Translations under genes and position numbers: made by a program
In this document: piece after piece, positions 13,955 to 25,980 of the stretch
Layout: the number at the start of each line of letters is the position of its first letter
How positions within the stretch are numbered: the first letter of the stretch is position 1
The notes under the pieces: generated by a model
The model's input: only the letters and a program-made list of their open reading frames with translations
The model's database searches: none
Told to the model about the DNA's origin: nothing
Assembly (NCBI GenBank): GCA_951406725.2
Contig: OX597827.1
Span: 18,910,001-18,974,000 of the forward strand
DNA from: Octopus vulgaris
Lineage: Eukaryota
Length of the DNA: 64,000 nt
Direction: 5' to 3'

Positions 13955-14363
13955 GACCCCCCTTCGGTCACGACACAGACCATGGGATTGCACCTAGAAA
14001 GTTACCCTCCCAGGCACAAGTCCGGGCAAGGTTGTTTATGGAAGACCAGCAGTCGCCCATGCATACCGGCCTCCCCTCTCCACGCCACCAGTGTCATCCA
14101 AGACAAATACGTAGATGCAATGTATTCATTCATTTGTTTGTAAACATTTTATGTGTATATTTATATGTTTGTATGTGTGTGCAAAGGCCGATACAACTTG
14201 GCACCCGTGATGTCGCAACTCATTTCTACAGCTGAGTGAACTGGAGCAACATGAAATAAAGTGTCTTGCTCAAGAACACGACACGCAGTCCGGTCCGGGA
14301 TTCGAGCTCACAACCTCACGATCGTAAGCTCGACGCTCTAACCACTGAGCCATGCGCCTTCAC
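13955..14363 (-). mobile_element. tRNA-headed SINE (family C-related) carrying a foreign insert of about 76 bp
   Basis: Head GTGAAGGCGCATGGCTCAGTGGTTAGAGCG...GAGCTCGAATCCC; 3' part homologous to 44790-44980; insert at 14105-14180. Confidence 0.8.
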
Positions 14364-14774
14364 ATTTAACTAGGACCAGTCTAATCGAATACTACCCCGC
14401 TCCTTGTCCCACTTCTCTACACGACTGTTTGCTAGATTGGGGCGTGTACTCATGTCGGACATCCAAATCTGTGTTGTTACTGCAATAACTGTGGTCGAAA
14501 CAAGCGTCAGTGGTCGAAACAAGGTAGGGATGAATCTATGTTGCCTTACTATATATAATTTGCAATTTAAATTCCGCGAGGTCAACTTTGCTGTTCATCC
14601 CTTTCGGGGTCGATAAAATAAGTACCAGTTGAACACTGGGAATAATGTAATTGACTCATCCCCTCCACCAAAATTGCTGCCCTTGTGGAAAAAATTTGAA
14701 ACAATTATTATTATAATTGTTATTGTTGTTGTTGTATCTTGCCCGGCGTGCTAACGATTCTGTCATTTCGCCGC

Positions 14775-14871
14775 GGTGTACCCTTATCAAACGAGTATTC
14801 ATAATAGGTATACTGGGCTTCGTATATTTTACCCCAGTGTCACTTTGATGGCATGCAGTGCTTTCTCACTC

Positions 14872-14914
<43 letters not shown>

Positions 14915-15485
14915 GCCCTGATGCAGTACCAGTCAGTGGCTCTCTTGGCTTTTGACCATAACTCATTGGAAGTGTTATCATGTACATTGTTTTGTCTTGG
15001 TATAAAAGATGGACTACATCAAATATTCTGCTCAATACCACAGATTTGCTTGTCAGTTGCTTGACCTTAACCAGTTGAGCATGTCCCTTAGTGGCTGACG
15101 ATATGTGCATCTCTGATCACGAACAGAAGTAGTGGGGGAGCATCATAGCCATGTGTTGAGAGGAATTCTTAGAAGTTTGGATAATTCACCTTTGCAAACA
15201 TGGGTGTTTTGTTCAACATCATTAATCCTTATTTAGTGACCTTTTGAGCGGGATGGGCTACTCGACCAGATGAAAATTCTATCTGGGCCCCACATGCAAG
15301 GTCAAGCAATGTTTATTTTGATATAATAAGGTCGCGCACATATGGTTGCGATACATGTGCCCAGTGTACCCTTATCATACGGATAGTTCTGATGGGTATA
15401 CAGGACTTCGTATATTTTACCCCAGTGTCACTTTGATGGCATGCACTGCTCTCTCACTCAAAATAATGATAATAATAATAATAAC

Positions 15486-15554
<69 letters not shown>

Positions 15555-15760
15555 GATAATAATAATAATAATTGAGTGAGAGAGCAGTGCATGCCATCAA
15601 AGTGACATTGGGGTACCTGTCTGATAAGAGTACACTAGGCACATGCACGACAACCATATGTGCGCGACATGGTGATCTCATATCAAGATAAACAGCACAT
15701 GACCTTGCAGATGGGGCCCAGTTAGAATTTTCTTCTGGTCGAGTAACCCATCCCGCTCAA
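14775..15760 (+). mobile_element. (TAA)n-associated non-coding interspersed element, three copies: 3' fragment 14775-14871 (+), long copy 14913-15459 (+), inverted 3' part 15574-15760 (-)
   Basis: Shared terminus CCCCAGTGTCACTTTGATGGCATGCA.TGCT.TCTCACTC, always abutting (TAA)n; no ORF. Confidence 0.75.
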
Positions 15761-16543
15761 GGCACAAGTCCAGCAATTTCGGGCAAGGGGCTAAGTCAGC
15801 TTCATTGACCCCCTACTGCTCAACTGGTATTTATTCATCTGATAGGATGAAAGGCAAAGCAGACGTCGGCGGTATTTGAACTCAGAACGTAAAACAGATG
15901 AAACACACTGCTACGGATTTTGCTCGGCGTGCTAACGTTTCTGCCAGCGCGCCGCCTTGTTCGAGAAAGAAACAATGGTTTCAAATTTTGGTACAAGGTC
16001 TTCAGTCTTGTAAGAGGGGCCAAATCGGTTTTGGTACTTATTTTATCGATCATTGAAAAGAGGAAAGGAAATTTCAACCCAGAACGTGTCGACGGGCGAA
16101 ATGCCACTAAGCATTTTGTCCGGCGTGCTAACGATTCTTTTCTACTCAAGGCACAAGGCCCGAAATTTTGGGGGAGGTGGGGGCTAGTCGATTAGATTGA
16201 CCTCAGTACTCAACTGGTACTTAATTTATCGACTCCGAAAGGATGAAAGGCAAAGTCGACCTCAGCGGAATTTGAACTCAGAACGTAGCGGCAGACGAAA
16301 TACCTATTTCTATTTCTTTACTACCCACAAGGGGCTAAACACAGAGGGGACAAACAAGGACAGACAAACGGATTAAGTCAATTACATCGACCCCAGTGCG
16401 TAACTGGTACTTAATTTATCGACCCCGAAAGGATGAAAGGCAAAATCGACCTCGGCGGAATTTGAACTCAGAACGTAACGGCAGGCGAAATACCGCCAAG
16501 CATTTCGCCCGGTGTGCTAACCTTTCTGCCAGCTCGCCGCCTT
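15761..16543 (-). mobile_element. Cluster of about four SINE family B copies (partial, tandem/nested)
   Basis: Repeated GGATGAAAGGCAAAGTCGACCTCGGCGGAATTTGAACTCAGAACGT motifs. Confidence 0.85.
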
Positions 16544-16764
16544 GCTCGAGAAAGAAGCAACGAAATGGTATGGCTAAAAGCAGAGAATTTCGACTACAAA
16601 ATAAGAGTGTTTAATTAGGCGGGAAAAGAATGAAGCGATGATTTGTAAGAAATTTACAAAGGAAGATTAAGAGAAAATGAAAAATAGACGTAAAGGGTTT
16701 CAAAATTAACAAAAAAGAGGGAAAAACAGATTACATTAAGATGTGTAAAAACTTCTGGCATCGC

Positions 16765-17165
16765 TGTATAGTTCAGAAGATCGTTTCGCAAGCACCTAGC
16801 TTCGGGTTGGGTCCCATTGCACGGCCTCTAGGGTAAGTGTCTTCTTCTATAACTCCGGGTCAACCTATGCCTTGTTGGTGAAGCTGGCAGACAGTCATAT
16901 GTGTGTGTGTGTGTGTGTGTGTACGTGTTAGTCCCCCGCCCTCGCTCGACAACCGGTGTTTGTTTGTTTACGCTCCCGTAAGTTAGAAGTTCGGTAATAA
17001 GAGGTCAATAGAATAAATACAGACATGAAAAAAAAAGAAAGAAAACAGAAAAAAACAAGAGAAGCCAAGTCGTGGCGTCGATTTGTTAGACTAGACCCTT
17101 CAAGGCGGTGCCCCAGTATGGCCACAGTTCAATGGCTGAAAGAGGTAAAAGATAAAAAGTAAAAT
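16765..17165 (+). mobile_element. Diverged SINE family A
   Basis: GGTAAGTGTCTTCTTCTATAACTCCGGG...GGCGGTGCCCCAGTATGGCCACAG. Confidence 0.7.
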
Positions 17166-17189
17166 AAAATACAATTTCTGTATTGTATG

Positions 17190-17530
17190 CGATTTAGTAA
17201 TTAAATTGTTTACAAAATTTAACGAATTATTTATTAGATTCGACAATTTAATTCATCATAACTCAATAGTTTACAAGATTAATCAAATAAATTGTTTATA
17301 AAATCCGACAATTAACTTGTTTGTTGATAGAGTAATATGTTAGCATGTGTAGAAATGAATTTCTTCATAAAATTTGACAATTATGTTCTTTAGAAAATTT
17401 AGCAATTAAATTGTTTAGAAAAGTTGAGAAATAAAATTGTTTACAAAATTCATCAGTAAAATTGCTCATAACATTTAATAAATATTCTATAGAATTTGGC
17501 AGTTAAATCGTTTATAGAACCCAGTAAACT
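17190..17530. repeat. Degenerate AT-rich minisatellite, unit about 25-26 bp (CAATTAAATTGTTTACAAAATTTGA)
   Basis: Recurrent AATTAAATTGTTTA.AAAA.TT units. Confidence 0.6.
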
Positions 17531-17850
17531 GAATGATAGCATTGTTTGAGTAAACAAATGAATTATTCGATCGTTGACTGAATAAATATGTTGTTAATTA
17601 GGAAAATTATTCTATAATACAAGGTGTTCTGGCTAAATTTGATGATTTTTATGTCTCTTTTTTTTTTAGGAACAGCTTGATGTATTTGTGAACAGTCGAC
17701 GGCGTTGGAGAGCATAAAAATTAAAGTTGTAGTTGAGAAAACGTTGGCTGACATGGAAGCCTGGAAGCAATCTGAATATTGGAAAAGAATTACCTGTATG
17801 GTGATTCATGCTATATTGATACAGAAAATTATTCTAAAATACAGGATATT

Positions 17851-18300
<450 letters not shown>

Positions 18301-18324
18301 ATGTCTCCTGTGAGGGTGACGTCT

Positions 18325-18635
18325 GACATCAAGAGTTGGCTCCTCGCCGTGCCTCCGGAATTAGTCAGAAGTGGTTGTTGGAGAATTTATACGACTGCAC
18401 CAGCCCCCAATTTCTGACCTTTTAATTCCTCCGATTACAATCCCATGGATTACTATGAGTTGTGTGGCGGTTGAGAAAGACACCAACCGCTCTGCCTGCA
18501 ACACCAAGGCCGAGATGGTGCCCAAGATCAAGGTCGTATTCGAAATTCCGATGGATTACAGTGAGGAATGCATGTACCAGATTCCGAAGCTTTCTCGAGG
18601 GCATGATGAATGCTGACGGCGGCCACATAGAGTAA
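18325..18635 (+). mobile_element. Tc1/mariner (maT/DD37D-like) transposase C-terminal remnant
   Basis: Frameshifted motifs NSSDYNPMDYY (cf. SPDLNPLDY) and NACTRFRSFLEGMMNADGGHIE*. Confidence 0.7.
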
Positions 18636-18668
18636 ACTGTCACCTTCTTTTCACTTTTTAAAATATTT

Positions 18669-19020
18669 GGATCTTTACCTTTTGACCTACAGCTTAAAAG
18701 AATAATTTTTTGTAACTAAACACTTTCAAACTTCGGACACAGGTAGAATGTGTCATATAAAATATCTTTCACACCGCCGGAAGTTTTTGTTGATAAACAA
18801 CAGCAGTAATTTTATTCAACTGAATACACGTCATTGATTGGTTGAAATTACCGGAATACGAGAACTTTAACGTGAAATAACTTCGTAAATAAAACTTTTT
18901 CTCAAAAATGCTAAGAGTAAAAGATGTTTTATATGATACATTCTACCAATGTCCAAAGTTTGAAAGTATTTAGTTACAAAAAATATTTTTTTTAATTTGA
19001 AGGTCAAAAGGTAAAGATCC
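18669..19020. mobile_element. Merlin-like MITE, sister subfamily (TIR GGATCTTTACCTTTTGACCT)
   Basis: 20-bp TIRs; perfect 8-bp TSD AAATATTT (18661-18668 and 19021-19028); internal similarity to the 3428 family. Confidence 0.85.
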
Positions 19021-19091
19021 AAATATTTTCATTTTTGGATGGGATTTTTTCTTTTCCTTTTATGCAAACTCACAAATTTAGCCCAAACACC

Positions 19092-19130
<39 letters not shown>

Positions 19131-19136
<6 letters not shown>

Positions 19137-19298
19137 TAAATAAAATAAAACATATGCATATATATAAACATATATGTACGTACCTACCTCTACATGTACA
19201 TATACACGCATATATGAGTACAGGACACCAAAAGGACATCGAACACAATGAGAAACGAAAACATAGACACAAACCAAAGGAACTGGACATTTTTTAAA

Positions 19299-19303
<5 letters not shown>
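19131..19303 (-). mobile_element. (TA)n-embedded terminal fragment of the family at 36356-36925
   Basis: Near-identical to 36356-36525. Confidence 0.75.
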
Positions 19304-19349
<46 letters not shown>

Positions 19350-19362
19350 CAAAATTACACAA

Positions 19363-19820
19363 TAGTTTCAAATTTTGGTACGAGGTCAACAAGTTCTAAG
19401 GGAATGGGTAAGTCATTTACATTGACTCCCGTGCATGACTGGTACTTATTTTATCGACCCCGAAAGAGTGAAAGGTAAAGTCAACCTCGGCGGAATATGA
19501 ACTCAGAACGTATGGACAGAGGAAATACCGCTAAGCATCTTGTCCGGCATGCTAACAATTCTACCAGCTCGCCGCCTCATTCTGTACCATTTATTGGCTT
19601 TAAATTTTGGTACCATTATTGGCTTTAAATTAGCAGTTTTGGCGATGGGGTCAAGTCCCCCAAATCGACCGCATTGCTCGACTGGTACTCATTTTATCCA
19701 TTCTGAAATGATGAAAGGCAAAGTCGACCTCGGCGGAATTTGAATTCAGAACGTATAGACGGACGAAATACTGCTAAGCGTTTTGCTCGGCATGTTAATG
19801 GTTCTAGTAGCTCTCCGCAT
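19363..19820 (-). mobile_element. Two diverged SINE family B copies
   Basis: GAAAGG.AAAGTC.ACCTCGGCGGAAT motifs occur twice. Confidence 0.75.
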
Positions 19821-19914
19821 CTTCTATACTCTATATCATGTGTTCAGTATCGAAGTTCTTAAATACGCCAAAAAAATCATCTCCGTCAACAAATTTATCA
19901 GCGTCTTTATAAGT

Positions 19915-20298
19915 GGAAGCACTCCGTCGGTTACGACGATGAGGGTTCCGGTTGATCCGAATCAACGGAACAGCCTGCTCGTGAAAATAACGTGTAAGTG
20001 GCTGAGCACTCCACAGACACGTGCACCCTTAACGTAGTTCTCGGGGATATTCAGCGTGACACAGAGAGTGACAAGGCCGGCCCCTTGAAATACAGGTACA
20101 ACAGAAACAGGAAGTAAGAGTGAGAGAAAGTTGTAGTGAAAGAGTACAGCAGGGATCACCACCATCCCCTGCCGGAGCCTCGTGGAGCTTTTAGGTGTTT
20201 TCGCTCAATAAACACTCACAACGCCCGGTCTGGGAATCGAAACTGCGATTCTATGACCGCGAGTCCACTGCCCTAACCACTGGGCCATTGCGCCTCCA
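19915..20298 (-). mobile_element. SINE family C (tail type i)
   Basis: Head GTGGAGGCGCAATGGCCCAGTGGTTAGGGC...GTTTCGATTCCC; TSD CGTCTTTATAAGT on both sides. Confidence 0.9.
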
Positions 20299-20928
20299 CG
20301 TCTTTATAAGTAAAGAACCCAAGAATCAGTCAGTTAAAAAGAAATAACCATAAAAATCTACGTATTAATGTATAATTAGGAGAGTGCTAAATAAATTGGG
20401 ATCTGCATTAAATAAATTAAAATGTACCAAGTTAATTAAATGTAAATTAAATTAGTAAAAATGTAGTTTTAAATTTAGAAATCACAGAAACACATCAGTG
20501 CAGAAGTAGTAACCAGGAAAAGTTGGGGTATAATTAACCGGATAATGTAATGTTATACGGGAGATTTATACGATTAGAATAATTGAAAAACCATTTGTTT
20601 TTGTCTACCCTAATCAGCGATCGAATTCGTGTGTTTCTTTGGGTATTATTTCGTATTTGCTGGATTTTACGAACAACTTTTATACATATTGTTTTCAATA
20701 TGCTCTACCATTTCTGTTCTTTTTTGTCTGCTTCTTAACGTATTAAATATTCATTCTATCTTTTCTCCCCCTTTTTTATGTGTTCTTATAAATATCTTTC
20801 AACAACACCCTTCTTTTTAGCTTTTATTCGCCTTCTGCTACACCTTGATTTTAACGATAACGCTTTGTCGTCTCTTTGCCTTTTCGCTCCTTTCTGATCA
20901 CGACGATGTAAAACATTCTTATAAATAA

Positions 20929-21234
20929 CTAGCAGTATCGCCCGGCGTTGTTCAAGTTTGTAAGGGAAATAACTATATAAGCATTTTTAGAGAGTTACTT
21001 CCCTTATATAACCCAAGCAAAAATCATTAAAAATGCAGAAAAATGATGGTAATTTTTTTTTTAATCGTAGACTCATCGTAGTCGCGCGCTAATACCCAGA
21101 AGGGCTCGATATGAATGACGACTATAAGATACCCGCTTTTGGTTAAACTGCACCGCAAAATGTGGGAGTAGTTAGGAATCTAAATCGGAGGAGACAGAGT
21201 CTCACACACACAACTTCAATTTTGTATATAAAGA
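20929..21234 (-). mobile_element. Non-autonomous Helitron
   Basis: On the minus strand: 5' TCTTTATAT..., 3' CAACGCCGGGCGATACTGCTAG, inserted between A and T, no TSD. Confidence 0.85.
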
Positions 21235-21375
21235 TATAATATTATATTCTCATATATTCTTTCAGCGTTCTTATGATAGATATTCTTCATATAGAAAGAC
21301 ATAGCACTGTACCTAGAATTGAGGCTGGTAAACTGTTGTATTATTCCAATTCTCCTCTACGAGAAAGAAACTTGT

Positions 21376-21797
21376 AGGAGTAGCTGTGTGGTAAGTAGCC
21401 TGCTTACCAACCACATGGTTCCGGGTTCAGTCCCACTGCGTGGCACCTTCGGCAAGTGTCTTCTGCTATGGCCTCGGGCCGACCAAAGCCTTGTGAGTGG
21501 ATTTGGTAGACGGAAACTGAAAGAAGCCCGTCGTATATATGTATATATCTGTATATATGTATGTGTATATGTTTGTGTCTGTGTTTGTCCCCCAACATCG
21601 CTTGACAACCGATGCTGGTGTGTTTACGTCCCCGTATCTTAGCGGTTCGGCAAAAGAGACCGATAGAATAAGTACTAGGCTTACAAAGAATAAATCCTGG
21701 GGTCGATTTGCTCGACTAAAAGTTGGTGCTCCAGCATGGCCACAGTCAAATGACTGAAACAAGTGAAAGAGTAAAAAAGAGTAAAAAGTAAAGAGTA
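21376..21797 (+). mobile_element. SINE family A
   Basis: Homology to the other family A copies. Confidence 0.9.
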
Positions 21798-22346
21798 CAG
21801 AACTATGGAGAAGAGCTGTAGACCTTTCGTAGATTGGGCAGGACTGGATAGAAAGACAGGGTAACAAACGCTTCAGTTCTAGAAAAAGCTGAAAGTCCCC
21901 AAAAACCTATTATCGGTAATAGAGTCCTCTCAGCTATCATATTTTGGCGCACCAGTCATTGCCTGAAATCATCCCGATAGGAAGCGTGGAGGACAAGAGG
22001 ATAAGATAGCAAAAGGCTGTCAAGAAAGGCTTGTGATAGGCGACATCAAAGAATGAGAGGAAACGAGTGTCTGGTTGATTGTATACAGGCAACATAACAA
22101 AGAGGAAACTATGTCAAGAAGTGCGGGACACAAGGAAGGTATCTGGTTGATGGCTGTTGGCTGATGATAAAATAATGTAAAGTATAGAAGCCATCTCATC
22201 ATGGCTAACCACATTGGGGAGGGGGTTGTTACTGTAGCTTTATAGCCCCAAGAGATCTTCGTCTCTAGCTGGCTTTAAACACAATATCTGTGTCTTTGGA
22301 GTATTTGCAAAGGGAGGCCATCCCTTCCTCGCAAGCCTGAGTGATA

Positions 22347-22389
22347 CGCTCGAACTAGTTTCGGGATGTTTGTCCCTCGTCAACGGGCG
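22347..22389 (-). ncRNA. Degenerate minimal type-I hammerhead ribozyme motif
   Basis: Minus strand cgcccg-UUGACGA-GGGA caaaca UCCC-GAAAC-UA-GUU-cgagcg: stem I pairs 5 of 6, stem III is the palindrome AACUAGUU, and C3 is changed to U. Flanks are homologous to 61540-61820. Confidence 0.6.
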
Positions 22390-22667
22390 GCAACCACCAG
22401 GTAGCGAAGAAAGTGAAGGCTCCTTTGCAAATAGATATAAGTTTTTCTAATGGCGTCTGCCACTGATGTCGAAAAACGAACAGTCAAAATTCTATTCGCT
22501 CTCGAATCATCGACATCGTCCTCACTAAGCGAAGTAGTTCTCTTTTTCTGACCATTTGTATCAATCTCCAATGCTAAAAGCATAGAGTTGGTGGTTGAAG
22601 TCTGGTGAAAACGAAAAACAAACAGAAAGATGCTACAGCCTCCTTTGAGAAAGCACTTACCTTGATT

Positions 22668-22907
22668 TACTCCTTTACTTGTTTCAGTCATTTGACTGCG
22701 GCCATGCTGGAGCACCGCCTTTAGTCGAGCAAATCGATCCCAGGACTTATTCTTTGTAAGCCTAGTACTTATTCTATCGGTCTCTTTTGCCGAACTGCTA
22801 CGTTACGGGGGTCGTAAACACACCAGCATCAGTTGTCAAGCGATGTTGGGGGGACAACCACAGACACACAAACATATACACAAACACACACACACACACC
22901 ACACACA

Positions 22908-22959
<52 letters not shown>

Positions 22960-23126
22960 CATATATACGACAGGCTTCTTTCAGTTTCCGTCTACCAAAT
23001 CCACTAACAAGGCCTTGGTCGGCCCGAGGCTATAGTAGAAGACACTTGCCCAAGGTGCTACGCAGTGGGATTGAACCCGGAACCATATGGTTGGTAAGCA
23101 AGCTACTTACCACACAGCCACTCCTG
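22668..23126 (-). mobile_element. SINE family A
   Basis: Homology to the other family A copies. Confidence 0.9.
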
Positions 23127-23408
23127 CTATACATAAAATATTTAAACAAGTTTTTTTTTTGTATATAGTTCCCAATAATATTTGATCATAGAAATATACT
23201 CAGAGTTTTTAGAAATCGAATGGCTATGAGGGTCCCATCTCCCGAGCAAAATAGGAATCAATGGGGTGTATAGACAAAAAGTGGCTGAAAACCACTAAAT
23301 CAAGACCGAGATACCCCTAAAAAAGACGAATGGGTCACCACGAGAATGCCTATGAGGAGTGAATTATGTTATGTAAGATCTGCATATATTAACGAGTGCT
23401 ACATTATT

Positions 23409-23776
23409 ACTATATATATAAACGGCAAAATGTCTGTCTGTGTGTGTGTGTCCTTTATACAAATCTACAATTTTTCAGTTAGAGGGCTCGCACTTTCTAT
23501 GGTCATTTAAAACCGTCCAAGGGTGGTCGTGCACATCTTTACATTTCCTCAGTCAACCCGCAAAGCCATTAAAAAATCAATAGAAGTGACTTTTTGGTGA
23601 ATTTTCTATCCAAAACCCAATCAAAATGCCCAAAACTTGATACGCCAATTGAGTGCCAGCTAGCTGTATGTGATTGGTCGGAGATTTGGACAGTACTCGC
23701 GTGTATGTGCGCACACACGCAGCTGTGTATGCATGCACTAGCGCTATGACCCGGCATTGCCGAGTCATAGTGCTAG
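23409..23776 (+). mobile_element. Non-autonomous Helitron-like element
   Basis: 5' CTATATATATAAACGGCAAAATGTCTG (like 34292); 3' long hairpin ACTAGCGCTATGACCCGGC..GCCGAGTCATAGTGCTAG|T. Confidence 0.75.
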
Positions 23777-23957
23777 TCTGCTATATTTGGAAGTGTTGTT
23801 TGGTATTTTCTACACTGTTAATCATATTGCATGTTATCTAGGCTTGTATTCCTTAAGTTTTCATTATATTACTCAATACAAATCTACAGTAGTAGTGCTA
23901 TCTGCTTTATAACAATTATTAGTTTTGTTGGCTAATGTGAATATCTTTATCTATTAT

Positions 23958-24136
23958 TTGTTTCAGTCATTTGACTGTGGCCGTGCTGGAGCACCGCCTT
24001 GAAGAATTTTAGTCAAAGGAATCGACCCCCAGTGCTTATTCATTTAGCTTGGTATTTATTCTGTAGATCTTTTTTGCCGAACCGCCAAGTAACGGGGACG
24101 TAAACACAACCATACTGGCTGTCAAGAGGCAGTGTA

Positions 24137-24172
<36 letters not shown>

Positions 24173-24821
24173 ATACACACACACACACACGCATACACAT
24201 ACACACACTCACACACACACACACACGACAGGCTTCTTTCAGTTTCCGTCCTCCAGATCCACTCACAAGGCTTTCGCTGGCCCAATGCTATAGTTATAGT
24301 AGAAGTCACTTGCCCAAGGTGCCACGTAGCGGGACTGAATCCAGAACCATGGGGTTAGAAAGTAAACTTCTTACCATGCACCAAGGCCTGCGCCTACAGT
24401 TTGCACTTATATACTCTTTACTCTCTTTTACTCTTTTAATTGTTTCAGTCATTTGACTGCGGCCATGGTGGAGCACCGCTTTTAGTCGAGCAAATCGACC
24501 CCAGGACTTATTCTTTGTAAGCCTAGTACTTATTCTATCGGCCTCTTTTTGCCGAACCGCTAAGTTACGGGGGCATAAACACACCAGCATCGGTTGTCAA
24601 GCGATGTTGGGAGGGGACAAACATAGACACACAAACATATACATACACATACATGTATATATATATATACATATATACGACAGGCTTCTTTCAGTTTCCG
24701 TCTACCAAATCCACTAACAAGGCTTTGGTCGGCCCGAGGCTATAGCAGAAGACACTTGCCCGAGGTGCCACGCAGTGGGACTGAACCCGGAAAGCAAGCT
24801 ACTTACCACACAGCCACTCCT
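23958..24821 (-). mobile_element. Two tandem SINE family A copies (23958-24394 diverged; 24413-24821)
   Basis: Homology to family A. Confidence 0.87.
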
Positions 24822-25239
24822 GAGCCCATATGACGCTAAAATATGTATTTTATATACGTGTTTGCTGAAACATATAATTTTCAAAATGTCTGCTTTAAAG
24901 TACGTGTTGCAAATCCGCAAAAAGTTACTCAAAAACTATTTTATGTAATTAAAAACGTTGCAAATTTTTGAAGCAGTGAAGCAAGTCTGGTTTACCGTTA
25001 CACTTGCGATGTATGTAGAAGGAAATGAAATCGACGCTGTGTCATTAATTACGTGCCACTTAAAAATATTTTTGATAGATATTCTGCAAGTGACTCATTC
25101 AAAGGATATACTCATTAACGGCATGATTAGCTATACGTGGAGCCGTGTTCAATTCCTTCCATAGGCATTAGCTGTAGAGCACCAAGGTTTGTTTTACAAT
25201 CTCATTATGAGGTTGCATTCGTTGATTGATTGTGTGTGT

Positions 25240-25297
<58 letters not shown>

Positions 25298-25466
25298 TTC
25301 ACTTGCTAGATCTAGGCGGGCCAACACTAATGGCCTTGGCAAGCCCTTCTAAATTAGTGAGATCGATGCCTTTACTGTTCTTCTTGAACCTACGCAAGTG
25401 ATTTGTGTGCGAGAAAGACATGAGCAAGCAAGGAATTCTGGAGAGTCGATGTTGGTTATATATAGC

Positions 25467-25700
25467 TATTTCTTTACTACCCACAAAGGGGCTAAACATA
25501 GAGGGGACAAACAAGGACAGACAAACGGATTAAGTCGATTACATCGTCCCCAGTGCGTAACTGGTACTTAATTTATCGACCCCGAAAGGATGAAAGGCAA
25601 AGTCGACCTCGGCGGAATTTGAACTCAGAACGTAACGGCAGACGAAATACGGCTACGCATTTCGCCCGGCGTGCTAACGTTTCTGCCAGCTCGCCGCCTT
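25467..25700 (-). mobile_element. SINE family B
   Basis: 16-bp TSD GTTGGTTATATATAGC (25451-25466 and 25702-25717). Confidence 0.92.
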
Positions 25701-25824
25701 AGTTGGTTATATATAGCGACGACAACAACATCAGCAATAACAACAGCAACGCCAGCACCAGCAGCAACAACAAAGACTGCATTACAGGTAGCACGTGCAG
25801 GGAGGAGAATATGTGCGGCACCAA

Positions 25825-25867
<43 letters not shown>

Positions 25868-25871
<4 letters not shown>

Positions 25872-25921
25872 TAATCCAAACAAGAAAAACAAAAACGACA
25901 ACAACGCAAAAGGTGGAACAA
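25868..25921 (-). mobile_element. Terminal fragment of the 38176 family between (TA)n runs
   Basis: AAGTTAATCCAAACAAGAAAAAC...CAACAACGC matches the 38176 end. Confidence 0.6.
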
Positions 25922-25931
25922 TATATATATA

Positions 25932-25980
<49 letters not shown>

